The translations under genes and the position numbers were made by a program. Shown here one piece after another: positions 48,303 through 58,300 of a stretch of 64,000 nt of DNA (position 1 is the stretch's first letter; every line of letters starts with the position of its first letter). The stretch is from an uncultured Verrucomicrobiota bacterium (GTDB lineage Bacteria > Verrucomicrobiota > Verrucomicrobiia > Limisphaerales > UBA9464), in assembly GCA_903916195.1 (NCBI GenBank), contig CAIWVP010000162.1, forward strand, positions 26,159 to 90,158. The letters run 5' to 3'. Under the pieces are notes generated by a model. It was not told the DNA's origin and did no database searches. It was given only the letters and a program-made list of their open reading frames with translations.

Positions 48303-48623
48303 GGCTTTCGATGGATTGCGGTCGGGGGCGACGTTAGGGCAAGGCTCCGTCACGATGGAAGAGCGACGAGAGCCGGCCCGGACGCATTCGACGAAGCCCG
48401 GACGACTTCAGCGCCGGTGCCGCGGGCTTTCGGAGAGAGGGACGGAAGAATCGCCCACACCTGCCCGGCGAGGACGGCGCGGACCGCCGCGACCTGCGGT
48501 CCGTCCCCCCCCTGCCCTGCCGGAGCGGACACACACACCGGAAAAATCTCCAAGGGAAAGAGTTGAATCTTGCTGGCCCCGATGGCGTCCGCCTAGCGTC
48601 GAAGCCTAGAATTTGCACCACCT

Positions 48624-49136
48624 ATGACAGTCCCGAAATTCGCCGCCCTGAACCGCCGCCGCCGACAGATGTCCGGCTTCACCTTGATCGAGATCCTTCT
48701 CGTCATCGTCATCATCCTGCTGCTCGCCGGCGCGCTCGTGGTGTTCGTCCTCCCGCAGCAGAAAGGCGCGGAGAAGAACACGACGCGGCTGATGCTCCAA
48801 CAGGTCGGCAGCGCTCTCGACACCTACCGGCTCAACCTCGGCCACTATCCGAACGAGCAGGAAGGCGGCATCGACGCCTTGCTCAAGAAGCCGAGCTTCG
48901 AGAACGAGCGTCTCGGCGAGAAATGGCAAGGGCCCTACCTGAAACCCGGCACGACGCTCGACGATCCTTGGAACAACAAGATCCGCTACGAGCTCAACGA
49001 CCGCGCGACCGAAGGCGAGAAGGCCGGTGCGCTGCCCTACAAGCTGTTCTCGGTCGGGCCGGACGGACAGCCCGACACCGACGACGACATCAAGCTCGCC
49101 TCGGAGAGCTCCGACCCCAACGGCGCCCCGAAGTGA
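48624..49136 (+). CDS. gspG: Major pseudopilin GspG
   Basis: Prepilin leader ...RRRRQMSG/FTLIEILLVIVII with Glu+5. DDPWNNKIRYE and FSVGPDGQPDTDDDI GspG motifs. Confidence 0.9.
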   Translation: MTVPKFAALNRRRRQMSGFTLIEILLVIVIILLLAGALVVFVLPQQKGAEKNTTRLMLQQVGSALDTYRLNLGHYPNEQEGGIDALLKKPSFENERLGEKWQGPYLKPGTTLDDPWNNKIRYELNDRATEGEKAGALPYKLFSVGPDGQPDTDDDIKLASESSDPNGAPK

Positions 49137-49166
49137 GCGCAGCCGTGACCGCCAACGCTCCATCGC

Positions 49167-49871
49167 ATGCGCATCCAACCCGGTCATCGGCGGCGGCTTG
49201 CCGGGCCGGGTTTCACCTTGGTCGAGCTCTTGCTCACGGTCTCGCTCCTCTTGCTGATGGTCGGAGCCGGGATCCTCAACTTCGGTCCGGCGCAGGGCGG
49301 CGCGCGGCTTGACGAAGGCGCGACCCAAGTGGAGTCGCTCTTCCGCTACGCCCGGGCCCAGGCCGCCAGCAGCGGGCGGACGGTGAAGATCATCTTCCCC
49401 GACGGAGAACCGGTCCCGGCCGGAACCAATTCGACGTCGACCGCCCCGGGCATCCAGGTCGCGTGGGAGACGGACCCGCTCGGCGCGCCGGGACAATTCG
49501 AGGCGCTGGCGGAAGCCAAACCCTACACCACGCATATCGACGAATTGGTCCGCGTACGGCCGTTCCGGGCACCGTTCTCCGCGATGTCGGCCTCCGCGGG
49601 TCCGTCAGCTTCGTCGTTGTCGCCGTCGCCGGCACCAACAGGATCGACCGCGGGGGGCGACGCGACTTCCACGCCGCAGGCGCTCACGATCCTGTTCTAT
49701 CCGGATGGCTCCAGCGATTCCGCCGAGGTCGTCCTGGGTTCCTTGGATGACGGCGATGCCAAGCAACTGGCCATCAAACTTTCCGGCCTCACCGGGGTGT
49801 TGAGACGGCGCGCGATCGAGCTCGTCGCCGGAGAAGCCGCCCCGGCGGCGCCTTGGGACCCTCCGAGATGA
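49167..49871 (+). CDS. gspH: Minor pseudopilin, GspH-like
   Basis: Leader ...LAGPG/FTLVELLL, in the position after gspG. Confidence 0.65.
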   Translation: MRIQPGHRRRLAGPGFTLVELLLTVSLLLLMVGAGILNFGPAQGGARLDEGATQVESLFRYARAQAASSGRTVKIIFPDGEPVPAGTNSTSTAPGIQVAWETDPLGAPGQFEALAEAKPYTTHIDELVRVRPFRAPFSAMSASAGPSASSLSPSPAPTGSTAGGDATSTPQALTILFYPDGSSDSAEVVLGSLDDGDAKQLAIKLSGLTGVLRRRAIELVAGEAAPAAPWDPPR

Positions 49872-50326
49872 TGCCGGGATGCCCAGCGCGCCGGTCGGAC
49901 CGACGCCATCGCGACTTCGCGCGGCGCGGAGCGGCGCTGCTCGAGGTCCTGATCGCGCTGGCTCTGTTCGTCGCGGCGGCGGCCGTCGTCACCGGTGCGT
50001 TGAACTCCTCGTTGGAGAGCCTCGAGCGCCAGAAGCTCGGAACCCACGCCGTCAACTTGGCGAGCAGCGTCATGGCCGAGATCCAGCTCGGGATCCGCGC
50101 GCCCGGCGGAGAAGGTCGGCGACCGTTCGATGCACCGTTCCAGGATTGGACCTGGGAGGCTTCGCTGCTGCCCGTCGAGAACGCCACCGGCACCACCGCT
50201 GGATCCATGCGCGTCGAAGTGGTGGTGCGGCACAAGACCGCTCCGGTGGTCCAACGATTGGCCCAGGTCATCCGCATCGGACGCAGCGCTGCGGCCGACG
50301 CGCTCACCGCCGTCCGGGAACCCTGA
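49868..50326 (+). CDS. gspI: Minor pseudopilin, GspI-like
   Basis: ATGA overlap with the previous stop. ...RRGAALLEVLIALALF N-terminal helix. 152 aa. Confidence 0.6.
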   Translation: MMPGCPARRSDRRHRDFARRGAALLEVLIALALFVAAAAVVTGALNSSLESLERQKLGTHAVNLASSVMAEIQLGIRAPGGEGRRPFDAPFQDWTWEASLLPVENATGTTAGSMRVEVVVRHKTAPVVQRLAQVIRIGRSAAADALTAVREP

Positions 50327-50329
50327 CCG

Positions 50330-51133
50330 ATGCGCCCCGGATCCTCCCACATCGCCCGCGGCGGCGGACATATCCGGCGGGATGCGCGCGGCAGCGCGTT
50401 CACGCTGGTCGAAGTGATCCTCGCCATCGCCATCGCGACCGGCCTGTTGGTCATCGCGTTGACCTTCTACCGGCAGGCGACCGACCTGCGCGGACAGATC
50501 CTCGAGGAATCGGAACGGATCTCCGTGGTGCGGCTCGTGGCGGACCGGCTCACGGCGGACCTTCGCCAAGCACAACCGGTGGCGGGCGATGCGGAGAGTT
50601 TCGTGGGCGGATCCGGCTCGGTCCGTTTCACGAGGGCCTCGCTGGCGGTGCCTTCGGGACACGGGCCCGACGGCTCGGTCTCCGTCGGCCCCGATGTCGT
50701 CCGGGTCTCGTACGACACGGTGACCGGCCCCGACGGCACGAACACCGTGGTCCTCGGGATCGACCGGACAGAATCGCCGTTGTCGGCGCGCCCTCGGGCC
50801 GGGATATCGGCGTCGGCGTCGGGGTCGGCCGCGCCGCTGGACGCTTCGATCCTGGCACCCGCTGCCACGAACCGTCCCGCCGAACTGCTCACCGACCAGG
50901 TCCGTTTCATCCGCTTCCGTTTCTGGGACGGCGGCGCGTGGCAAGAAAGTTGGACGAATCAAGTGCCGCCTCCCGGCGTCGAGGTCGTGCTCGGGACCGA
51001 GCCGCTGCCCGACGACGCGACACCGGAGACCTATCCGTACGAACAATTCCGCCGCGTCGTCGTCGTGCCGGCCGGATCCGCGCGGCGAAGCGACGACACG
51101 AACAGCCTCTCCGCCTTGGTGCCGACATTGTGA
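50330..51133 (+). CDS. gspJ: Minor pseudopilin, GspJ-like
   Basis: ...GSAFTLVEVILAIAI N-terminal helix. Size and position match gspJ. Confidence 0.6.
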   Translation: MRPGSSHIARGGGHIRRDARGSAFTLVEVILAIAIATGLLVIALTFYRQATDLRGQILEESERISVVRLVADRLTADLRQAQPVAGDAESFVGGSGSVRFTRASLAVPSGHGPDGSVSVGPDVVRVSYDTVTGPDGTNTVVLGIDRTESPLSARPRAGISASASGSAAPLDASILAPAATNRPAELLTDQVRFIRFRFWDGGAWQESWTNQVPPPGVEVVLGTEPLPDDATPETYPYEQFRRVVVVPAGSARRSDDTNSLSALVPTL

Positions 51134-52614
51134 AACCGCACGTGGACATCCTCCGCCGACAGCGTCGCCCCGGCCCGCGCCGAGGCTTCGTGCTGCTCGC
51201 TGTGCTCGTGTTCGTCATGCTGTTGTCGATGGTGACGGTGAGCCTGTTGTTCCGTTCGCGCGCCGAGGAGACCGCGGCCAGCGCGAGCGCGGGCGCGGAG
51301 CAGGCGTGGGCCGCGGCGTTGAGCGGCGTCGAGGAGGCGCTGCGCGCCGCTTCGGCCGCCGTTCCCGGGAACGAGACGTGGGCCGATGATCCTGCGGCCT
51401 TCCGCGGACGGCTCGTCACGGAGGACGGCGCGGACCGCTGGTATTTCACGATCTTCTCGCCCGGCGACAGTTCCTCCCCGGTGGAGATCCGCCACGGCCT
51501 GACCGACGAGGCGCGCCGGATCGACCTGAACCACATCGGCGCCGCCGACCTGGCCAAGATCCCCCGGATGACGCCGGCGATGGCGCAGGCTTTGCGCCAA
51601 GCCGTGGGGACCGGTCCCGACGACGCCGACCCGGTCGATCCGGTCGATCCGCTCGCCACGACCCCCGACGACGCCGTCGGGCGCGCGGATCTGGGCGACG
51701 CCGACGTCGTCCCGGCGACGGTCCCGACCCTCGGCGTGCTCCCGGTCCGGACCGCGGGACCGCTGACGAGCCTGGACGACCTGCTCGGTGTGCCGGGTTT
51801 CAGCTGGTCGTTGCTCCACGGAGAGGACGCGAACCTCAACGGCCGCCTCGACCCGAACGAGAACGACGGCGACGAGCAGTTCCCGCCCGACAACAAGGAC
51901 AACCGGCTCGACCACGGGATGGGACAGTATCTCACGGTCGGGTCGTACGAACGGAGCCGCACCCGGGCCGGCCGGCCCAAGATCGATCTGAACGACCCGT
52001 CCGCGCCGTTGCCCGAGGCCGGGTTGCCGGCCTCGTTCACCAATTATGTCGCGGCGCTGCGTGCCGCGAAGGTGAAGCTCCGGCATCCCTCCGAGGTCCT
52101 GGAAGCCTCGGTGCGGTCCAAGGACGAACAGGGCAAGGAAACGGAGATCGCCTCGGGCATCACGAAGGAAGAGCTGCCGCTGGTGCTCGACCTGTTCACG
52201 ACCGATGCCAAGGACCGACGCGAAGGACTGGTGAACATCGGCACCGCCGACGCGCTGGTGCTCGCGACGTTGCCGGGCATCGATCCCGCGCTCGCTGAGA
52301 CCATCGTCTCGACGCGCGGCGGGCTCGGGGCCGACCGGCGCGCGACCATCGCGTGGTTGTTCCAGGAGGGCATCGTCGACGCCGCCCGTTTCAAGGTGAT
52401 CGCCCCGCAGATCACGACCGGCAGCCACCAGTTCAGCTTCCACGTCATCGGCTACGGAGTGCCGTCCGGCCGCTACCGGGTGCTCGACGCGACCATCGAT
52501 GTCGCCGGCGAGGTGCCGCGCGTGACCCGGCTCCGCGACATCACCCGGCTCGGCCTGCCGTTCAAGCTGGTCGGAGATATCCTCGAAGAAGCCCGTTCCG
52601 GGGCTTCACTTTAG
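51130..52614 (+). CDS. gspK: Minor pseudopilin GspK-like (no Glu+5)
   Basis: GTGA overlap with the gspJ stop. RRGFVLLAVLVFVMLLSMV helix lacks Glu5, as in GspK. GLTDEARRIDLNHI and SAM-like helix-hairpin segments are present. Confidence 0.65.
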   Translation: MKPHVDILRRQRRPGPRRGFVLLAVLVFVMLLSMVTVSLLFRSRAEETAASASAGAEQAWAAALSGVEEALRAASAAVPGNETWADDPAAFRGRLVTEDGADRWYFTIFSPGDSSSPVEIRHGLTDEARRIDLNHIGAADLAKIPRMTPAMAQALRQAVGTGPDDADPVDPVDPLATTPDDAVGRADLGDADVVPATVPTLGVLPVRTAGPLTSLDDLLGVPGFSWSLLHGEDANLNGRLDPNENDGDEQFPPDNKDNRLDHGMGQYLTVGSYERSRTRAGRPKIDLNDPSAPLPEAGLPASFTNYVAALRAAKVKLRHPSEVLEASVRSKDEQGKETEIASGITKEELPLVLDLFTTDAKDRREGLVNIGTADALVLATLPGIDPALAETIVSTRGGLGADRRATIAWLFQEGIVDAARFKVIAPQITTGSHQFSFHVIGYGVPSGRYRVLDATIDVAGEVPRVTRLRDITRLGLPFKLVGDILEEARSGASL

Positions 52615-52646
52615 CCTCAGGATCGGCTGACACTTCCCAACCCTCG

Positions 52647-54326
52647 ATGTCGAACCCCCTTCGCCAACTTGCTCCGGTCCTCCGGCTCCTCCGGCTCCGC
52701 CGCGAGCGCCGGCCTCGCCCGCCTTCCTCGGTCACCGCGCTCGACCTGGACGGCTCGACCTTGCGCGTCGTCCAAGCCGGACCACGCGGCAGCGTGCCGA
52801 AGGTCTTCGCCGAGACGCTGGAGCTAGCGCCAGACGCCGACCGCAACGATCCGGTCGTCATGGGCGCGGCCGTCGCCAAGGCGCTGGTGAAGCTGCGGCT
52901 CAAACCCGCCGGCGTCGTGATGGGCGTGCCGCGGGCCAAGGTCGTCCTGCGGACCCTCACCGTGCCCGTCATCGAGAAACTCCCGGAGCTCGCCTCCGTC
53001 GTGCATCTCCAGGTCGGCAAAGACCTGCCGTTCCGCATGGACGAGGCGGTCGTCGACTTCAAGGTGCGCGGCCAGGTGTTGGTCCCCGCGGAACGCACCG
53101 AAGCCGCCGCCGGCCCGGAGGTCGTCGGCGAAGCCGCCGGGATCGCCCCCCGGTTGGAAGTGCTGGTCGCCGCGGTGAAGCGCGAGGTCGTCGAGTTCTA
53201 CCAACGCCTGGCCGAAGCCGCCGGCCTCCAGCTCGCAGGCCTGGGGCTGCTGCCCTATGCGAACGCCCGGTGCGTCGAGGAATGCCATGTCGCCGACGGC
53301 GATGCGGCGTTCGCGCTCGTCTCGCTCCGTCCGGACGAGGCCGGCATCGATATCATCGCGCAGCGCTCGCTGCTCTTCAGCCGCGGCGCGGTGATCCGGA
53401 CCGCTGGCGAGACGCCGCCGTCCGGCGAGCCCGCGGCACCATCGGCCGAGGCGTTCGTGCGGTCGGTCGTGATCGAGGTCGTGCGCTCGCTGCACGGCTA
53501 CAGCGGCCAGGAAGCCAGCCCCGCGGTGGCCAAGGTCGTGGTCACCGGCGCGACCGGGCACGAGGCGGATGTCGCGGCGGCGCTGGGCACGCGGTTGAGC
53601 TCGCCTTGCGAGCTGCTGGACCCGACGACGGCGCTGGCGTTGCCGCCCGGGTCCCGCGAGCACGCCGCCGGTTCCATCGGCGCGCTCGGACTGGCGTTCG
53701 GCCTCGCCGACGTGCGCGGACTGCCGTTCGACTTCCTCAAACCGAAACGTCCCGCGGTCCAGCGGGACCTCCGGAAGATCCGCATCCTCTCCGGGCTCGC
53801 GGCGTCGGCCGTCGTCCTCGCCGCCGTCTTCGGGCTGCGCGGCTATCTCGTCGGGAAACGCGAGGCGATCCTCGCCGCGGCCAGGGCCGAGCTGGCCGAC
53901 GCCGAGAAGAAGCGCCCGGTCTACCGGAAGATGATCCAGCAGGCCGGCGTCGTGGACGACTGGATCAAGGCGGACCGCGATTGGCTGGTCCACTACGCCT
54001 ATCTCACTTCGGTCCTCCCGCCGAGCGAGGAGGTCTATCTGACCTCGCTCGCGATCAGCGGCCAGGGATCCGTGCGCCTCGCCGTCCAGGCGCGGAGCGG
54101 CGAGACCTTGGCGCGCCTCGACAAGCGGCTGCGCGAGGCCGGCTACGACGTGAAACCGGTCGCCATCACGCCGGGACCGGACCGCTTCGGCTACGAGTTC
54201 CGTTCTACCGTCGAGCTGACCGTTCCCGACAAGCTCAAGATCGACCTGCACAAGGTGAGGCCCGCCGTCCGCCCGATCGACGATGTGTCGCTCGAGGCCT
54301 CGGCCTACAAGCGAGGTGGCGCATGA
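52647..54326 (+). CDS. PilM-like (actin-fold) + TM + PilN-like fusion; functional GspL equivalent
   Basis: ATG 52647. ALDLDGSTLRVVQA is an actin-like phosphate-1 motif. There is a mid-protein TM helix (ILSGLAASAVVLAAVFGL), then a coiled coil and a ferredoxin-like tail. Confidence 0.65.
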   Translation: MSNPLRQLAPVLRLLRLRRERRPRPPSSVTALDLDGSTLRVVQAGPRGSVPKVFAETLELAPDADRNDPVVMGAAVAKALVKLRLKPAGVVMGVPRAKVVLRTLTVPVIEKLPELASVVHLQVGKDLPFRMDEAVVDFKVRGQVLVPAERTEAAAGPEVVGEAAGIAPRLEVLVAAVKREVVEFYQRLAEAAGLQLAGLGLLPYANARCVEECHVADGDAAFALVSLRPDEAGIDIIAQRSLLFSRGAVIRTAGETPPSGEPAAPSAEAFVRSVVIEVVRSLHGYSGQEASPAVAKVVVTGATGHEADVAAALGTRLSSPCELLDPTTALALPPGSREHAAGSIGALGLAFGLADVRGLPFDFLKPKRPAVQRDLRKIRILSGLAASAVVLAAVFGLRGYLVGKREAILAAARAELADAEKKRPVYRKMIQQAGVVDDWIKADRDWLVHYAYLTSVLPPSEEVYLTSLAISGQGSVRLAVQARSGETLARLDKRLREAGYDVKPVAITPGPDRFGYEFRSTVELTVPDKLKIDLHKVRPAVRPIDDVSLEASAYKRGGA

Positions 54327-55351
54327 ACGCGCGCGAGAAGATCATGGCCGCCGCCGTCGGGGGCGTCGCCGCCCTCGTGCTCGTCGTCGCGGGAGTGCGG
54401 TCCGTGCTGTTGGCGCCGTTGCGCGAGATCGACAAGACCACCGCGGTCGTGCGCGAGAAGATCGCGAAGATCCAGGCCGACCGCCGCGCGTATTTCGTCG
54501 CCGAGGACAAGCTCAAGACCGTCGCGATGCGGACCTTCGCGGACAGCGTCGATCCCGCGAGCGCCAAGTCCGGCGAGATCCTCACGCAGCAGATCCTCGC
54601 GACCGGGCTGGAGGAATCAGATTTCACCCGCTTGCCGATCCAGCCGCGGAAGCTCCGCGGCGCCTACGAGCTGGGCTGGAACGTCCAGGGCGACGGACCG
54701 CTCACCAACGTGGTGAACCTGTTGTTCCTCCTGAACGAATCCCCGTGGCTGCACCGCACGGAGAACCTCACCGTCGCGAACGGCGACGCGCCGGGCAGCG
54801 TGCGGGTCCGCTTCCGCTACCTCACCCTCGTGCTGGATCCGGCACCCGATGTCGTGCGGACCAACCTCGCACCGGCCCGCACGCTCGAGTCGCCCGAACG
54901 GCACCTGCTCAACAGCATCGTCTCGCGCGACATCCTACGGCCCTACATCAAGCGTCCGCCCGCGCCCGTCCTCCCCGGACAGCCGCCGCGGCCGGCGTCC
55001 AAGCCAGGGGTGCCCCCCGGCCCGGAGACCTTCCGCGTCGTCTCGTTGTCAGAGTGGCGCGGCCAACCGGAGGTCCACGTGCGCGACCTCTCGGCGGGGA
55101 AGACCGTCCGCTACCGGCCCGGTGACGAGCTCGCCGGCGGCACCATCGCGATGGTCGATTACCGGTCGCTGCCCATGCCCGGCAACTCGCTGCTCATGTC
55201 CTCCAGCCGGTTGATCCTCAAGGTCGGCGCCGACTACTACGCGGTCGAGCGCGGCCGCACCCTCGCCGAGAAACGCCGGCTGGACGCTTCCGAAATTCCT
55301 CCCGGACTGGCCCCAGCGGCCGCGAAACCCCTCTCTTCTTCCAAGCCATGA
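54323..55351 (+). CDS. Bitopic protein: GspM/PilO-like N-terminal half + PilP/GspC-HR-like C-terminal beta domain
   Basis: ATGA overlaps at both ends. TM helix MAAAVGGVAALVLVVAGV, a Pro-rich linker, then FRVVSLSEWRGQPEVHVRDLSAGKTVRYRPGDELAGGTIAMVDY. Confidence 0.5.
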   Translation: MNAREKIMAAAVGGVAALVLVVAGVRSVLLAPLREIDKTTAVVREKIAKIQADRRAYFVAEDKLKTVAMRTFADSVDPASAKSGEILTQQILATGLEESDFTRLPIQPRKLRGAYELGWNVQGDGPLTNVVNLLFLLNESPWLHRTENLTVANGDAPGSVRVRFRYLTLVLDPAPDVVRTNLAPARTLESPERHLLNSIVSRDILRPYIKRPPAPVLPGQPPRPASKPGVPPGPETFRVVSLSEWRGQPEVHVRDLSAGKTVRYRPGDELAGGTIAMVDYRSLPMPGNSLLMSSSRLILKVGADYYAVERGRTLAEKRRLDASEIPPGLAPAAAKPLSSSKP

Positions 55352-58300
55352 AACCTATCCGATCGGTCCTCTTCGGTGCTTGCCTGCTGGCCGGCCTCAC
55401 GCTCGGGGCGCAGGACGCCGCCCGGCCGCCCGCGACCAACCCGCCCGCGCCTCCCCCGCCGTCGGCCGTGAAGCCCGAGTCGTCGAAGCCCGACGTCATC
55501 GTCAGCGCCAAGACCGCGCCGGCCCGCGACATCCGCTTCCAGTTCGACGGCATCCCGTACTCCGATGTCGTGGAACGGTTCGCGCAGATGGCCGGACGTC
55601 CGCTGCTCTCCGACACCAACGTCGTCGGCTCGCTCACCTACGACGACCCGAACGCCTACACCTACAACGAGGCGCTCGACACGTTGAACCTCATGCTCGC
55701 CATGAAGGGCGTGATGCTCCTCGAGGACGGCAACAACCTGCGGCTCGTCCCGTTCAAGCAGCTCCCTTCGATGCCCATCCGCATCATGCGCGGCACCGAG
55801 AACGCCGGCGACGTGCGACCGGGCGAGGTCGTCACCGTCGTGCTCGACGTCGCCAACCTGGAGGCCAAGGAGGTCGCCGATTCCGTCCTGCCGATGCTCT
55901 CGGGCGCCGGTTCCGTCGCACCGCTCTCGCGCGGTCGCGGCCTCGTCGTCACCGACCGCCTCTCGAACATCCAGCGCGTCCGCACGCTGCTCGCCACCAT
56001 CGGCACCGGCCAGTCCGCCGACCGCCAGATGAAGACCTACACCTTGCAGCACGCCTCGGGCGCCATCGTCTCGGACCTGCTGAACCGCACCTTCGGCATC
56101 GCCACCGCGCCGAAGCGGACCTCCTTCAACCCGAACACCAAAGCCATGGAGGTCCTGCCGCCGGATCCCGCCGACTACGTGACCTCGGTGTACGACGAGG
56201 CCTCGCGGACGTTGCTGCTCTTCGGCCCCCAGGAACGCTTGGCGCTGGCCGAGGAGCTGGTGAACAAGTTCGAGCAGAAAGACGGCTCGGCCGGCGATGT
56301 CCGCATCTATTACCCGCAATCGATGAAGGCCGACGAGCTGGCGAACCTGATCCGCCAAGCCATCCCGGGCGTCGCCGCCGCCAACGAATCCGCTTCCGCC
56401 GCCGCCACCAAGGCCCGCGTCATCCCCGACCTCGCCCTCAACCGCGTCATCGTCGCCGCCCCGCTCCCCGGCCAGCTCGACCAGATCGAGCAGCTGGTGA
56501 CCCGCGTGGACAAAGGCGTCCAGGGCGCCGTCGGCCAGAACGGCGAGAACCCGCTGGTGCCGACCCGCTCGCAGACGATCCAGCTCACGAAGATCTTCCG
56601 GCCGCGCGCGACCGGCGCGACCAACGTGGCCAGCATCGTCCGCCAGGCGTTGACCCGGCGGAACAGCTCCGGCCAGGTCGCCACCACCGCCAGCGTGAGC
56701 TTCGACGCCGGCAGCCAGAGCGTCGTGGTGACCGGTTCGCCGGCGGATCTCCAGACCGCGACCGACATCGTCTCGCAGATCGAGACCGGCACGTCTCAGC
56801 CGACGCCGTTGCAGACCCGCTTCATCGACGTCGGGTCGCCGGAGGAGGCCCAGCGCATCCAGCCGCTGGTCGACCAGCTCTACCGCAACCAGACGGCCGA
56901 CGGCTCGGCCGGCACGGTCGCGCACGCCAAGATCCTCGCCGACACCGGGTCCGGCCGCCTCATCGTCACCGCGAGCCAGGACCACCTCGCCCGCATCGAG
57001 GCCCTCGTGAAGCAGCTCCGCGCCGACCGGCCGCAGGGTCTGTCGCGCCACCTCCGGGTGGTGGTCCTGAAGAACACGCGCACCGAGACCGCGTTGCCCG
57101 GCATCCAGAGCCTCGTCACCGAACGGATGGCCGACCGGAGGTTCTCCTCCCTGCCCAAGCCTTCGCTCGTCGCCGACGCACCGAACAACCGCATCCTCGT
57201 CACCGCGACCGACGAGCAGCTCAAGGAGATCGAGGATGCCGTCGCCGTGGTCGACATCGCCCCGGCGCAGGCCGAGCGCGAGCTCAGCGTCATCCCGCTC
57301 CAGGTGAAGACCGCGCCGGAGATCATCCCGCTGGTCACGCAGCTCGTCGGGCAGCTCTCCGCGCCCGGCCAGCTCGCGCCGACCCTGATGGCCGACCCGA
57401 CCGGCAAGCAGATCATCGTGCTCGCCGTCGCCAAGGACCTGGAACGGGTGAGGACCCTGGTGAAACAGTTCGACGTCACGGCCGCGACCGCCGCGCCGCG
57501 ACAGTTCCGCGGCGTCGAGGTCTTCGGCCGCACCGCCGCCGAGTTCACGCCGCTGGTCCAGCAGCTCTACCAGGAACAGATCCGCGGGCAGCCCGAGCCC
57601 GCCGGCGGCCCGGCGACCTTGATCGCCGAGACCAAGAACAACCGCATCATGGTCAGCGGCGGCGAGAAGGAGATCGCCCGCGTCGAGGCCATCATCCGCC
57701 AACTCGACCCCGTCACGGCCAAGGGGTCGAAGGAAGAGACCCGCGTCATCCGCCTCAAGACCGCTTCCGCCGCCGAGATCGCCGGCCTGGTCGAGAAGAG
57801 CCTCAACGCACAGACCCAGCAGGTCCGCGTGCTGCTCGACGCCCGCAGCAACAGCCTCGTGATCACCGGCGAACACGCCGCCGTCGAGGCCGCCTGGCAG
57901 ATGGTCCAGCAGCTCGACACCCGCGGGGAATCCGGCCCGCGCGAGCTGCGCGTCATCGAGCTCAAGTCCGCCGATGCCGCGACCGTGGCGCCGATGGTCG
58001 GCAACCTGTTCGCCGAGCTGGTCAAGGACCAGCGAGGCGCCGATTACATCTCCGCGACCAAGGTCGTGGCCGACACCTTGGCCAACCGCCTCATCGTCAC
58101 CGGCAGCCACGCCGAGATCGAGCAGGTCGTCGCCCTCGTCGACCGACTCGACAACGCCCCTCAACAGGCGCCCGGCGCCCGCGTCTTCAAGCTCAACCTG
58201 GCCGAGGCGACCATGATGGCGCCCATCGTCTCCAACGCGATGGTGCGCTTCGACGCGCGCGGCCAGGCGGTCAAGCGCGTCACCGTCGCGGCCGACGAGA

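Noticed and set aside
46647-48566. 639-aa plus-strand ORF
   Set aside because: It is antisense to gspE, which has Walker A/B and the tetracysteine motif on the minus strand.
48563-48612. TTGAAT ... TAGAAT as the gspG promoter
   Set aside because: The two hexamers are 38 bp apart, too far for a sigma70 -35/-10 pair. No good -35 lies 17 bp upstream of TAGAAT. TAGAAT alone, 11 nt before the ATG, is not enough to call a promoter.
49879-51129. N-terminal 417 codons of the 911-aa plus-strand ORF 49879..52614
   Set aside because: This part overlaps gspI and gspJ out of frame and translates to Arg/Pro-rich junk. The GspK-like protein begins at GTG 51130, overlapping the gspJ stop. Similar upstream extensions of 52353..54326 and 53270..55351 were trimmed to ATG 52647 and ATG 54323.
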